Below, in pieces: positions 1 through 9,673 of a DNA stretch of 37,577 nucleotides. The first letter of the stretch is position 1. Every line of letters starts with the position of its first letter. The stretch is taken from the IMG/VR virus record IMGVR_UViG_2529292717_000013. One strand, written 5' to 3'. Under the pieces are notes generated by a model. That model did no database searches. It saw nothing but the letters and a program-made list of their open reading frames with translations, and was not told where the DNA came from. The DNA is from a virus. Its lineage: Duplodnaviria; Heunggongvirae; Uroviricota; Caudoviricetes. The translations under genes and the position numbers were made by a program.

Positions 1-1002
1 TTACCCTCTATTGTCAAAAGGGTTCAATTCAACAGCAGCCTCTAAATGACCTGGAGCAAAATGCGCATAACGCATAGTCATTTTTATATCGCTATGCCCC
101 AGTATTTTTTGCAACACAAGAATATTTCCGCCCCGCATCATAAAATGACTGGCAAACGTGTGACGTAGCACATGAGTTAATTGCCCATCAGGAAGCTCGA
201 TCTTCGCTCTCTTAATTGCAGCGTCAAAAGCCTCATAACATGGTGAAAATAGCGCTCCTCGTTTTTTAGGAAGCATAGCCTGCAATTGAGGTGAAATCGG
301 TACAGTGCGGTTCTTCTTTCCTTTAGTTTTAACAAATGTGATTCGACCGGGCAGTACTTGAGATTGCTTTAATCCTTCTGCTTCACTCCACCGAGCACCA
401 GTCGCAAGCCCAATACGGACAACAACCCCCAAATCTTTATTCCGTGACTCATCACACGCAATCAGAAGGCGTTCAATCTCATCTACATACAGAAACGCCA
501 GTTCCTTTTCTTCCTCACGAAACTTGCGAATACCAGTCAGGGGGTTTTCACCAGACCACTCCCCAAGGCGCTTCAGTTCGGCAAAAACAGCATGTAGATA
601 TGACTGCTCGCGATTAACGGTTGCTTCACTAAGTTTTTTCTTCCCCTTGGGATTCCATTCTCCTGATAGCCTTCTTTCCCGATAAGTAGCAAACATATTT
701 TTGTCAAACTGCGAAGCAAATGGATCTCCCAGCCTGGAACAAATCGCCTCAAGTTTGACTTTGCGCTCTGCACCAGAGGACAAGGTTTTACCGTACATCT
801 CAAACCAACGAGCAATCAACTCAGAAAGACGAGGACCAGAACCATCTTGAAACTCGTCTCCAACTCTACTATTCATTAAACGGCGCTCATAAGAGAGCGC
901 CTCACTTTTTGTCGCAAACTGTTTACGAATGCGTTTTCCCGATGCCCCGTAGGGATAACATTCGCAAAGCCATTTACCTGATGGAATCTTACGAACCGAC
1001 AT
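1..1002 (-). CDS. int: tyrosine integrase (phage integrase family)
   Basis: 333-aa ORF; C-terminal catalytic region with HxxR and a terminal Tyr motif (LRHTFASHF...MRYAHF); position at the prophage end. Confidence 0.9.
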   Translation of the reverse strand: MSVRKIPSGKWLCECYPYGASGKRIRKQFATKSEALSYERRLMNSRVGDEFQDGSGPRLSELIARWFEMYGKTLSSGAERKVKLEAICSRLGDPFASQFDKNMFATYRERRLSGEWNPKGKKKLSEATVNREQSYLHAVFAELKRLGEWSGENPLTGIRKFREEEKELAFLYVDEIERLLIACDESRNKDLGVVVRIGLATGARWSEAEGLKQSQVLPGRITFVKTKGKKNRTVPISPQLQAMLPKKRGALFSPCYEAFDAAIKRAKIELPDGQLTHVLRHTFASHFMMRGGNILVLQKILGHSDIKMTMRYAHFAPGHLEAAVELNPFDNRG

Positions 1003-1007
1003 TTTAG

Positions 1008-1313
1008 TTACTTATCACATAAATCAAATGCAGCCTTAGTGACATCCCCCAGACTCTTTTTTAACCCTGGGGCGGCATCATTATCTAGCCAAAATGGATT
1101 ATTGTTATCTAACGGTAACGCACCAAATGTTTTACCTTTTATTCGAGCCAAACCTGTAAGTGCATATAACTTATTATCGTCAAAATTCATTACATAAGGA
1201 TTACCATCAAGACACTGTAATTGAACCTCATCAGTATTAAATGGCCACACCCCATTGAAACTCTCACGTTCAATGGTTTTAAAAGGCATTGCGACGGCGG
1301 AAAAAGAAAACAT
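1008..1313 (-). CDS. hypothetical secreted/periplasmic protein, lysogeny-operon cargo; a signal peptide is encoded in the adjacent frame upstream
   Basis: 101-aa ORF; a start at about 1354 in the -1 frame encodes MKVKKVQLLVTFYLCFLF, a typical signal peptide, across a T5 homopolymer. No family recognised. Confidence 0.5.
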   Translation of the reverse strand: MFSFSAVAMPFKTIERESFNGVWPFNTDEVQLQCLDGNPYVMNFDDNKLYALTGLARIKGKTFGALPLDNNNPFWLDNDAAPGLKKSLGDVTKAAFDLCDK

Positions 1314-1383
1314 AGATAAAAAGTAACTAATAGTTGAACCTTTTTAACTTTCATATCATTACCTCAATTTAGCTCAAGTAAGA

Positions 1384-2034
1384 TTACAAATTAAAAAACG
1401 CTCTAGAAATGACACCGCCTACCAACCCCCCTACGCAGATAAAGAATATTATTTCTTTTGGATAAAGTCGGATTAATTCTGAAGCACGAAGTCGGACTTC
1501 TGGTAAGGTCGAACTCTCTGTGTGGCTTGATGCCGATTGTTGCTCTAACCACGACAATGCAGACTGTAACTGAGAACGAGTAAGATCGTTTAAACGTCCT
1601 GTACCGAAATTGATATGGCAATACCGCAGAAGTTTTTGTCGAAGTCCACAGTCTTCACTGTTACGTAGTAATAAACTTACAAGAGCCTTACAGGCATCAT
1701 GATCTTTACATCGCTCAAGCATTGCATGCAGAAAACTCTCCGCTGTTTTATATTGATTTACTGTCATATCATCAATACCAGCTACACCAATCTCCGCATG
1801 TACTTTTTGCCAAATAATAAACGCTTCAGTATTGCTAGCTTCTGCAATAGCAGCAACCAAGCTATTTAGCTCCTTACGCTGAGCCTTAAGCAAAGGGCGA
1901 TCGTCATCATCATTATTCGAAGGGATTGCGATATTGACGGTATGAGAACCATCATATCGCTCTATCTGAATATTCTTTTCGTGAAAATCACGCCCAGCAA
2001 CGCGATTGTTTGAACCGTTTGAGTTGACGGCCAT
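1384..2034 (-). CDS. hypothetical C-terminally membrane-anchored protein, lysogeny-operon cargo
   Basis: 216-aa ORF; hydrophobic C-terminal helix (IIFFICVGGLVGGVISRAFF); N-terminus shares the motif NNR(V/I)AGRD(F/Y)xE with the repressor C-terminus. Confidence 0.55.
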   Translation of the reverse strand: MAVNSNGSNNRVAGRDFHEKNIQIERYDGSHTVNIAIPSNNDDDDRPLLKAQRKELNSLVAAIAEASNTEAFIIWQKVHAEIGVAGIDDMTVNQYKTAESFLHAMLERCKDHDACKALVSLLLRNSEDCGLRQKLLRYCHINFGTGRLNDLTRSQLQSALSWLEQQSASSHTESSTLPEVRLRASELIRLYPKEIIFFICVGGLVGGVISRAFFNL

Positions 2035-2049
2035 GTCACCTCCCTACTA

Positions 2050-2454
2050 TCACCTGCCCTTAGTTTCGTTATAGTCACGACCAGCGATACGGTTATTACC
2101 ACCAGAAATATTTAACTCACGTCCTGATGGCTGAGTTTCCTTTTCACTGATCGCACCTTTTAAAGCCCCAATCACCGCGTTTTTCACATCTAACGAAGCT
2201 GCTCGAAAGCGAGTAATCAACTCCTGCTCATCATCGTTATAAGTTTCAGGTGAGTGAATTCCCAACACAACATACTGAACATCAAGGCCAAAACGAGACA
2301 GCGCTGCCAAATACGCAGCATCAGGAAAGCTATCTCCTTTCTCATATCTAAGCTGAGTTAGCTTTTTGACTCCACCAATGTCGCTCATGGCTACTTGACT
2401 AAGTCCCAATCTTTCCCTTTCCTCACGCAACCGCTGACCAATATCATTTTTCAT
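2050..2454 (-). CDS. HTH_XRE-family immunity repressor (C/CI-like)
   Basis: 134 aa; N-terminal HTH (QRLREERERLGLSQVAMSDIGGVKKLTQLRYEKG); divergent from the early operon, same strand as int. Confidence 0.8.
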   Translation of the reverse strand: MKNDIGQRLREERERLGLSQVAMSDIGGVKKLTQLRYEKGDSFPDAAYLAALSRFGLDVQYVVLGIHSPETYNDDEQELITRFRAASLDVKNAVIGALKGAISEKETQPSGRELNISGGNNRIAGRDYNETKGR

Positions 2455-2463
2455 ACAAAAACC

Positions 2464-2492
2464 TTGACAGGTATCTTTTTTGATACCAAAAT
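2464..2492 (+). promoter_or_regulatory. candidate early promoter (TTGACA-N17-CAAAAT) overlapping a perfect palindromic operator GGTATC-T6-GATACC
   Basis: Read directly in the 75-bp divergent region between the repressor and the first early gene. Confidence 0.4.
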
Positions 2493-2529
2493 GATTTCAC
2501 GAGCTATTAGATGATCACAATATACCACT

Positions 2530-2736
2530 ATGAAACAAGTTCTTCACGATACCAGATCACGCATTCCGCGTAACACCGCCACAGGTCCAAGACTGGCACT
2601 TCGGCTGTCCCTCGAGGAGCGAGCCGTCATTGATGAAATGGCAGCTAAAGAACAACGCTCATCCTCTAACATGGCGCGCATGATCTTCCTTCGCGGCCTA
2701 GAACTAACCCAGAAAGAACAAAACAAATCTTCCTGA
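2530..2736 (+). CDS. hypothetical early protein, first gene of the early operon (possible small regulator)
   Basis: 68-aa ORF immediately downstream of the switch region. Confidence 0.5.
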   Translation: MKQVLHDTRSRIPRNTATGPRLALRLSLEERAVIDEMAAKEQRSSSNMARMIFLRGLELTQKEQNKSS

Positions 2737-2752
2737 TCAAGAGGCTAGTGGG

Positions 2753-2956
2753 ATGTCAGGTATAACCATCAATATCAATGTGAATGCCCCCTATGTATCC
2801 CTGCAGAAATATGCAGAGATAACAGGTATCCCTCTTAATACATGCAAAAAGATGTTGGCTGACGGTCGAATTATTATCCGCCCCAAACGCGCCAAAATGG
2901 AAAAGCCTGAAGTAAACCTTGTGGCGATGTTAAAAGACGCTTTGACTAACAGCTAA
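2753..2956 (+). CDS. Cox/Apl-like HTH excisionase-regulator (tentative)
   Basis: 67 aa; HTH-like segment YVSLQKYAEITGIPLNTCKKMLADGRI; second position in the early operon. Confidence 0.5.
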   Translation: MSGITININVNAPYVSLQKYAEITGIPLNTCKKMLADGRIIIRPKRAKMEKPEVNLVAMLKDALTNS

Positions 2957-2977
2957 AACAATGAACAGAGCACCATC

Positions 2978-3328
2978 ATGAAAAAAAACGCTAATAATCC
3001 ATACTCCAAATTTCGTAATGGCGTAGAACGCCATGTACACCACGTCGCTACCAGTGCATCACGTAGTAACAGTCGCTATAACCTGAACGAGACGCACGCA
3101 ACACCGGATGGCCACGCTGTAAAACAAATCGGCGAGCATGCCTGGCTGATTGAGAAAGCTGGAATCGTGGTCCACAAATGCCCACGCAATCCGTTTACCG
3201 GAAACCGCATTTTTGCTCTAAGCAGTGGCGACAATCAGTTCGGGCAGGATTTCACATTATACGAAGCACTTCGCACGGTTGATCGTCTGCTTCGCGGGCA
3301 AAGTTTTATTAAACAGGCTGATTTATAA
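2978..3328 (+). CDS. hypothetical early protein
   Basis: 116-aa ORF in the early operon. Confidence 0.5.
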   Translation: MKKNANNPYSKFRNGVERHVHHVATSASRSNSRYNLNETHATPDGHAVKQIGEHAWLIEKAGIVVHKCPRNPFTGNRIFALSSGDNQFGQDFTLYEALRTVDRLLRGQSFIKQADL

Positions 3329-3338
3329 CAGGTGCTTT

Positions 3339-3626
3339 ATGACCAAAGACCATGCACAAGGTGTATTTATCCGTTTTATTGATTTTCGCGGTGAACTGTT
3401 ATTACGTGCATCCGCTATTGACGGAGTGACTCCGGCGGGTAAAAACGGAGCCGACGAAGCCACTTACGTTTATCTGAACGGCACGCGACTGCTTGTGGAA
3501 CTTCCGTACCAGACCGTACGAGAAATCATTAGCGAAGCTGAAAAGGCACGCCAGGTTAATGGCGATGAACCCTATATCGAAATTATTTGTATGGATTCAG
3601 AAGCTGAAATACAGAAAGCAGATTAA
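3339..3626 (+). CDS. hypothetical early protein
   Basis: ATG at 3339 in frame with the track ORF 3225..3626; 95 aa. Confidence 0.5.
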   Translation: MTKDHAQGVFIRFIDFRGELLLRASAIDGVTPAGKNGADEATYVYLNGTRLLVELPYQTVREIISEAEKARQVNGDEPYIEIICMDSEAEIQKAD

Positions 3627-3634
3627 AGGGCGTT

Positions 3635-3880
3635 GTGATGGGCAAAGAATATAAAACTCTCATTAACAAAGCACTTGAGCGTTTTTATTTTCGCTTAAGT
3701 GCATCAGGCGCTCATGCTGAACGTGCGGCCCGTGACTCATTGACCAGAGCAATCCGAAGTCTGTATGACGTAGCTTTTTACGCTGATGATCTGGATGCAC
3801 TTAACGAACTTTCCGAGCTGATCTGTGCCGCAGAATGCGGGGAACATATTGAACCGTATAAGCTGGGGAATATCGCATGA
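3635..3880 (+). CDS. hypothetical early protein
   Basis: 81-aa ORF. Confidence 0.5.
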   Translation: MMGKEYKTLINKALERFYFRLSASGAHAERAARDSLTRAIRSLYDVAFYADDLDALNELSELICAAECGEHIEPYKLGNIA

Positions 3881-3990
3881 GTATATTTATCTCATGGCTT
3901 GTTCTGATTATTTCGGTGGCCTGCGCTATTGGGATTATGCGAATTATTCATTCAATAAAAAAGATTGAACGCTTTTTCACTGGCGAATAA
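3877..3990 (+). CDS. small hydrophobic protein (37 aa), tentative
   Basis: ATGA overlap with the upstream stop; MSIFISWLVLIISVACAIGIMRIIHSIKKIERFFTGE has one predicted TM helix. Confidence 0.3.
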   Translation: MSIFISWLVLIISVACAIGIMRIIHSIKKIERFFTGE

Positions 3991-4076
3991 CAGAACAAAT
4001 AAAACCACAGATTAAATAAGAAAATGTAAAAACAATCCGCATTCGCGGAGGTATTCGCACACGCCAAGGAGGCGTA

Positions 4077-4280
4077 ATGGCAATTAAGCATTTTCCTGTC
4101 GTTCGTTTTACCTCCAGAGGGCGGGAATACGAAGTCGACGAACGCCTGATTACCACAATCGACAAACACCGTTCAGAAAAGGATGCACATCACATCTATC
4201 TCACTGACGGCACTTACTTCTGCGCCACGAATGTGGTGCGGGTGAACCTTATCCGACAGGTACAGGAGTCACGCAGATGA
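4077..4280 (+). CDS. hypothetical early protein
   Basis: 67-aa ORF with a strong RBS (AAGGAGG) upstream. Confidence 0.5.
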   Translation: MAIKHFPVVRFTSRGREYEVDERLITTIDKHRSEKDAHHIYLTDGTYFCATNVVRVNLIRQVQESRR

Positions 4281-4522
4281 CCATTCTGGACTATATTGCC
4301 GCCAATCCGGGGTGTAGCGGTGGAGAAATCGCCGCAGCACTGAATACCCCAACCACAGCCATTAATGCGGAGTTACGCCGACTCTGGCGCAGCGGTTCAG
4401 TCATAAGAAAAGAGCGCAAAACAGGCGGTCGCTTTTCTTACCAGATAAACCCGATGCCGTTCGGGTGTGGCAATCCACTTACCAACATGTTTAACCAGCT
4501 ACTGAAGGAAGCCAGAGCATGA
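4277..4522 (+). CDS. hypothetical early protein
   Basis: 81-aa ORF, translationally coupled (ATGA overlap). Confidence 0.5.
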   Translation: MTILDYIAANPGCSGGEIAAALNTPTTAINAELRRLWRSGSVIRKERKTGGRFSYQINPMPFGCGNPLTNMFNQLLKEARA

Positions 4523-4818
4523 GCGCCATCAACCACAAGGAATTACGCGAACTGGCGACTGACCTGCAACGAATGGCAACGCCTCAAAAATTACTGGCGT
4601 TTCGCGCAATGCTCTCGCCGTCTGCTGTGCTGGCACTGCTGGATGAGCTGGAGCACGCCAGAACCACACCTCTCGCCATTCGCCTGACGCTCCGTCATGA
4701 AATCGAGGATTTCTGCGCGACGTTGGAGGCGCCAGGCGAACCGGAAACGCCGGAAGCAATACAGCAAGAGCTGCTGCAACGCATTGACAAGGTTTTTGAT
4801 TTTTTTCTGAACCACTAA
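4519..4818 (+). CDS. hypothetical early protein
   Basis: 99-aa ORF, translationally coupled. Confidence 0.5.
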   Translation: MSAINHKELRELATDLQRMATPQKLLAFRAMLSPSAVLALLDELEHARTTPLAIRLTLRHEIEDFCATLEAPGEPETPEAIQQELLQRIDKVFDFFLNH

Positions 4819-4940
4819 GAAACCAGAACATGCACACACAAAAAAACCGCTTGCCATGCCGCAATCAGTCAGGTTACATTTCCGCTGCACCTCATAAAAC
4901 GGGTGCCGGGTTTCGCAGCCCGCTGACAAACGTAGCGCAC

Positions 4941-4962
4941 AACCGCGCCAGCGGTTTTTTTG
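4941..4962 (+). terminator. candidate rho-independent terminator (AACCGC-GCCA-GCGGTT + T7)
   Basis: Stem-loop followed by a T-run, about 120 bp after the 99-aa ORF. Confidence 0.4.
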
Positions 4963-5140
4963 TGCGTACTGTATCGCCACGTCTTTTTCGCATCTGAATT
5001 ATGGTGGGGCGTACGGGGCCGACTTCGGTCGGGCCGGGTTCTGCGTTTGCCGGTACTGCGAACCTCGTACGTCTCGCCACCCACAGTTTCGCAGCTCTGG
5101 ATGGTGAGTTTTCACAACTTACACACGTAGAGGCCACACC

Positions 5141-5371
5141 ATGGCAAACCGCAAACAGCACCGCGCTATCGCGGAGCGTCGTCACATCCAGACTGAAATC
5201 AACCGCAGACTTTCCCGCGCATCACGCGTCGCGCAAATCATGCACATCAATATGCTGCATGAGCGCAGCCACGCACTATCAAACATTTATTCCGCCTCTG
5301 TTTTCAGCTATCTGGCGGATGATCTGCACGAGCTTCAACAGCTCATCCAGCAGCAAAACAAACTCCATTAA
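5141..5371 (+). CDS. hypothetical protein
   Basis: 76-aa ORF. Confidence 0.4.
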   Translation: MANRKQHRAIAERRHIQTEINRRLSRASRVAQIMHINMLHERSHALSNIYSASVFSYLADDLHELQQLIQQQNKLH

Positions 5372-5522
5372 TTCCTGTTCCGGGCCTTTCCTGCACCTTG
5401 CGGCGGGAGGCCTTCGCACATCTGTAACAAGAGGATTGCCGCAATGATTCTCGCCAACGACTTTCTTGAATACCTGCTCAACACAGAACGTGATCTTGCC
5501 GTCGCGTGCGTGACGTTATGAC

Positions 5523-5807
5523 ATGTACCTGAAATCCCTGCCTGTACCGCAGCTCGCTGACGGAAAGATTGTTATTGATGGTCGCTACATGATTGACAGC
5601 CACGAGGGAAATTACAGGCTTTACCGCATTGAAGGTGGCACCCCGTCCGTTATTGGCATTTACCAGCGCCCATCCTCTGCAATCGTCGATGTGATTGCCG
5701 ACAGCATCCGCATCACACATCGCCATGCCGACACAGAAGACACCGTGCTGGAAATTCAGCGGCTGGCTACAGTCTGCCGCGACACCCTGAATGGCATGAC
5801 GAAGTAA
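5523..5807 (+). CDS. hypothetical protein immediately upstream of gene A
   Basis: 94-aa ORF. Confidence 0.5.
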   Translation: MYLKSLPVPQLADGKIVIDGRYMIDSHEGNYRLYRIEGGTPSVIGIYQRPSSAIVDVIADSIRITHRHADTEDTVLEIQRLATVCRDTLNGMTK

Positions 5808-5813
5808 ATCACT

Positions 5814-8633
5814 ATGACGGCAGAGTACATCAGGGACTGGCAACAACCGCGCCACGCAGTGGGGCGTGAAGGAACGGGGATCCCCGCTCCTGAATCCGCG
5901 CTTTCCTCCTGGCTGGATGCCTACCGGGCAGAGAACGAGCGCCGCCAGGAAATGGCTGATGCGGCGTTCTCCGCCACGCCGCTGGGCAACCTGATTAATA
6001 AAAGCCTGGACGCACAGGAAAAACAGGACAAAACCATCACACTGGCAGGAGACGCCAGAAAACAGGCACGTGGCGCGGTGGATGAAGCCATGGCCTCGCT
6101 GCGCCTGCTGCCGTCCTATCTGCGCGATCCGCTTATTCGCCACCTCTCCTTCCTGCGCAAAAAACAGGAAGCCGATCGCCGGAAAGGCAAAAAGAGCTGG
6201 CAGGCTGAACGCTACGCGCGCGGGACCCTGCGCAAAATATTCGAACGTCTGGATCGCACTGACGGGCGCTGGCTGACACCGGGTTATCGCTCCCTTGCCG
6301 GGCGCGAACGCCTGGACGATTTGCTTTACCTGCCGCAGCTCAACAAGCACCAGATACAGACGCTGGCCACCATGACGGCGGCGATGTTCAGCAGCACCTT
6401 CGAAAAACTCTGCGATGGCTTTGGCGCGACTGATGGCGAGCTGACCATGGATGTAACGCTGAAGGCTTATCAGATGCTGGCCCGCATGGCGTTACACCTG
6501 CACGCCATGCCTCCACATTATGACGCACTGACAACAGACAAAGACCGGAGGAACGAACCGGACACGGAGCTGCTGCCGGGCGCAATCCTTCGCTTGACCT
6601 GTGCGGAATGGTGGAAACGCAAACTATGGCTGTTGCGTTGTGAGTGGCGGGAAGAACAACTCCGCGCCGCCTGTCTGGTTTCCAGAAAAACATCCCCCTA
6701 TCTGAGCCAGGACGCGTTAAGCGAGTTTCGCGCACAGCGCGAGAAAACACGCGATTTCCTGAAAAGTTTCATGCTGGAAAATGAAGACGGGTTCACGATT
6801 GATCTCGAGACGGTGTATTACGCGGGAGTAAGTAACCCGGTTCACCGTAAGGCAGAAATGATGGCCACCATGAAGGGGCTGGAACTTCTGGCCGAAGCCC
6901 GTGGCGACAAAGCGGTGTTTCTGACTGTCACCTGCCCGTCAAAATACCACGCCACAACAGAGAACGGTCATCCGAACCCCAAATGGAACGGGGCCACCAT
7001 GCGCGACTCCAGCGATTACCTGGTTAACACGTTTTTTGCGGCGGTCCGCAAAAAACTGAACCGCGACGGCCTGCGCTGGTATGGCATCCGCACGGTGGAG
7101 CCTCACCATGACGGCACTGTGCACTGGCATATGATGGTCTTTGCACATCCGGACGAGATTGAAACCATCGTGTCCCACGTCTGCGATATTGCCATTCAGG
7201 AGCCGCCACGAGCTGGGCGATGACATAACTCCGCGTTTTAAGGCGGAGTACGTGACGGCTCAAAAGGCACACCAACCAGCTACATCGCCACCTACATCGG
7301 AAAGAACCTGGACAGCCGCGCCGTGGATGGCATCGACCCGAAAACGGGCAAGCCACGCGTTGACCACGAAACCGGAAAATCAATGGCCGAGAGCGTGGAA
7401 CGCGCCATCGGCTGGGCGCGCCTTCACCGGGTCCGCCAGTTCCAGTTCTTTGGCATCCCCTCCCGTCAGGTGTGGCGTGAACTCCGCCGCCTTGCCAGCC
7501 AGATGGCACGCAACCCGGAAGGCCCGCAACGGCTGAAGGATGACGCAATGGATGCGGTACTCGCTGCCGCTGATGCAGGATGTTTTGCCACCTACATAGA
7601 GAAACAGGGCGGCGTACTTGTTCCACGCAAAGACTACCTGATTCGCACCGCCTACGACCTCGCCGATGAGCTGAACGATTACGGCGAACAGAGCGTACAG
7701 ATTTACGGGATCTGGTCACCACTCATCGGGGAATCCTCCCGTGTGTGCACGCATCCGGATAACTGGAAGCTGGTAAGACGCAAACCGGAAGCGGAAGACA
7801 GCGCCCGCGAAAATGGTTTTGACCTTCAGGGCGGCCCTGCCGCCCCTTGGACTCGTGGCAATAACTGTCCCCGTGTACAGGAAACAGGCAACAGCGGGAC
7901 AGAACAGTCGAAAGAACGGCCAGCACCGTGGCCGCAGCTTCCTGACGGCGTTGAAGTGAACGAATGGATGCGCTCACTGAAACGGCACGAACGCCGGGCG
8001 CTGATGCGTTCGCTTCGTGACAAACAGGTAAAAAACAGCAGTGATGAAATGCAGAGCTGGACACAGAGCCGCAAACAGCAGCGGCCTTTGCCTGATAACC
8101 ACGAATTACTCGCTAAAGAATGGCGGGAGTCTGCCGAATCTCTCGGCCTGCATATCGGTGAACAGCAGATGCAGCACCTGCTACGGGGCGGCAGCCTGTA
8201 CGTTGACGGCAGCATCATTGCACCGCAGGGATATGAAATTGTACGCAAACCGGATACCCGCCCGGACAGCCGAATCACGCAGCTCTGGCAGCACCTGAGC
8301 CGTAATCACGGCGTAAGCAGCACGGAGATCCGCCATAACCCGGTCGCCAGCTATCTGGCACAGCTGGGGGCATCAGACCCCGAAGCCGCCGCACGCCTGG
8401 CATCCGCACTTCAGCAGGATCAGAACACCATGAAAACACCCGTTACCGTGCTTTCTGACATGCTGCGCGCCATCCGCGACGCAGAGCACGCACAGAGAAT
8501 CAGTGAAACCACTGAACGCGCCAGCCGCAAAGCAGACCTGCTGCAGGGTGGCCTGACCAGTGGAAACAAAAAACAGACAGAAACGGGATCCACAAATCCC
8601 GTAAATGAGCAAAAAACGCGCCGCGATATATGA
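5814..8633 (+). pseudogene. A: replication initiation endonuclease A (rolling-circle initiator, GPA family); frame interrupted at about 7195-7270
   Basis: Track ORFs 5814..7223 and 7323..8633 are in the same frame, separated by in-frame TGA (7221) and TAA (7239), while the +1 frame is open across the gap. HWHMMVF and YIATYIGKNLD motifs present. Confidence 0.8.
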
Positions 8634-8678
8634 AGCGCGCACAAAACAGGCGAAAGCGGGATTTAAAAATCCCGTAAA
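8583..8678. promoter_or_regulatory. candidate ParR-binding site / parMR promoter region (two palindromes with ATCCCG half-sites)
   Basis: ACGGGAT-N6-ATCCCGT and CGGGATTT-AA-AAATCCCG; the motif AAATCCCGTAAA occurs twice; about 35 bp upstream of parM. Confidence 0.35.
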
Positions 8679-8709
8679 CGGTTAATTAACCAACATAAGG
8701 AAAATCGAC

Positions 8710-9669
8710 ATGAAAATTTGTATCGACGACGGCTCCACCAACATCAAGCTGGCATGGACTGAGAACGGCGAACGCCGCAACGCCATCAGCCCGAACAGCT
8801 TCAAGTCGGAATGGTCTGCGCCGTTCGGTGGCACGCATCCCGCGAACTACATGCTTGATGGCGTGCGCTATGGCTTTGATCCGGTCAGCGATCGTTTTGT
8901 CCAGACGACTGACACGCAATACCAGTACAGCGATGTGAATGTAATCGCCATTCATCACGCGCTGGTCAAATCAGGCATCACGCCACAGGAGGTGGATGTG
9001 GTTGTCACCCTGCCACTGAGCGAGTATTTCGACACAAACGCACAGCCGGACATGGCCAACATCAACCGCAAAAAAGCGAACGTCATGCGCCCGGTGGAGT
9101 ACCAGAACGGCGAAGCATTCACTATCCGTAACGTACGGGTTATGCCTGAATCCATTCCGGCTGGCTTTAAGGCACTGGCTGACATGAGTCCGTTTGAATC
9201 CCTGCTGATTGTGGATTTGGGCGGAACCACGCTGGATGTGGCAAAGGTTCAGGGGCAGCTGGCAGGTATCAGCCAGGTGTTTTGCGATCCAAACGTAGGC
9301 GTTTCCCTGATGGCTGATGCCGTGCTGTCGGTGATGGCCACTAACGGTATGCGTACCAGTCACCACATCGCCAATACCATTATTGAGCACCGTCACGATG
9401 AAGCCTGGCTGCGCCAGCACATTCACAATGACGCGCATTACAACAGCCTGATGGCGGTTATTCGTGAAAAGGAGGAGACACTGAAACAACGAGTGATCCG
9501 CGCGCTGGCGGGTTTTTCCGGTTACGGGCGGGTGATGGTTGTCGGTGGAGGGGCGGAGATTGTGGCACCCGCTATCCGCGAAGCCTGCGGAGTTAATGCG
9601 ACTTTCATCGCGGACGGGGTGCCACAGTTTGCTCTGGTTAATGGGCTGTACGCAATGAACAAGGAGTAA
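8710..9669 (+). CDS. parM: actin-like segregation ATPase ParM/StbA
   Basis: 319 aa; N-terminus MKICIDDGSTNIKLAW and downstream blocks closely resemble plasmid R1 ParM as remembered. Confidence 0.85.
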   Translation: MKICIDDGSTNIKLAWTENGERRNAISPNSFKSEWSAPFGGTHPANYMLDGVRYGFDPVSDRFVQTTDTQYQYSDVNVIAIHHALVKSGITPQEVDVVVTLPLSEYFDTNAQPDMANINRKKANVMRPVEYQNGEAFTIRNVRVMPESIPAGFKALADMSPFESLLIVDLGGTTLDVAKVQGQLAGISQVFCDPNVGVSLMADAVLSVMATNGMRTSHHIANTIIEHRHDEAWLRQHIHNDAHYNSLMAVIREKEETLKQRVIRALAGFSGYGRVMVVGGGAEIVAPAIREACGVNATFIADGVPQFALVNGLYAMNKE

Positions 9670-9673
9670 ACCA

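Noticed and set aside
5478-6350. 290-aa minus-strand ORF, and similar minus-strand ORFs at 6388-8644
   Set aside because: Antisense to replication gene A; no recognisable motifs; Ala/Arg-rich composition typical of spurious ORFs.
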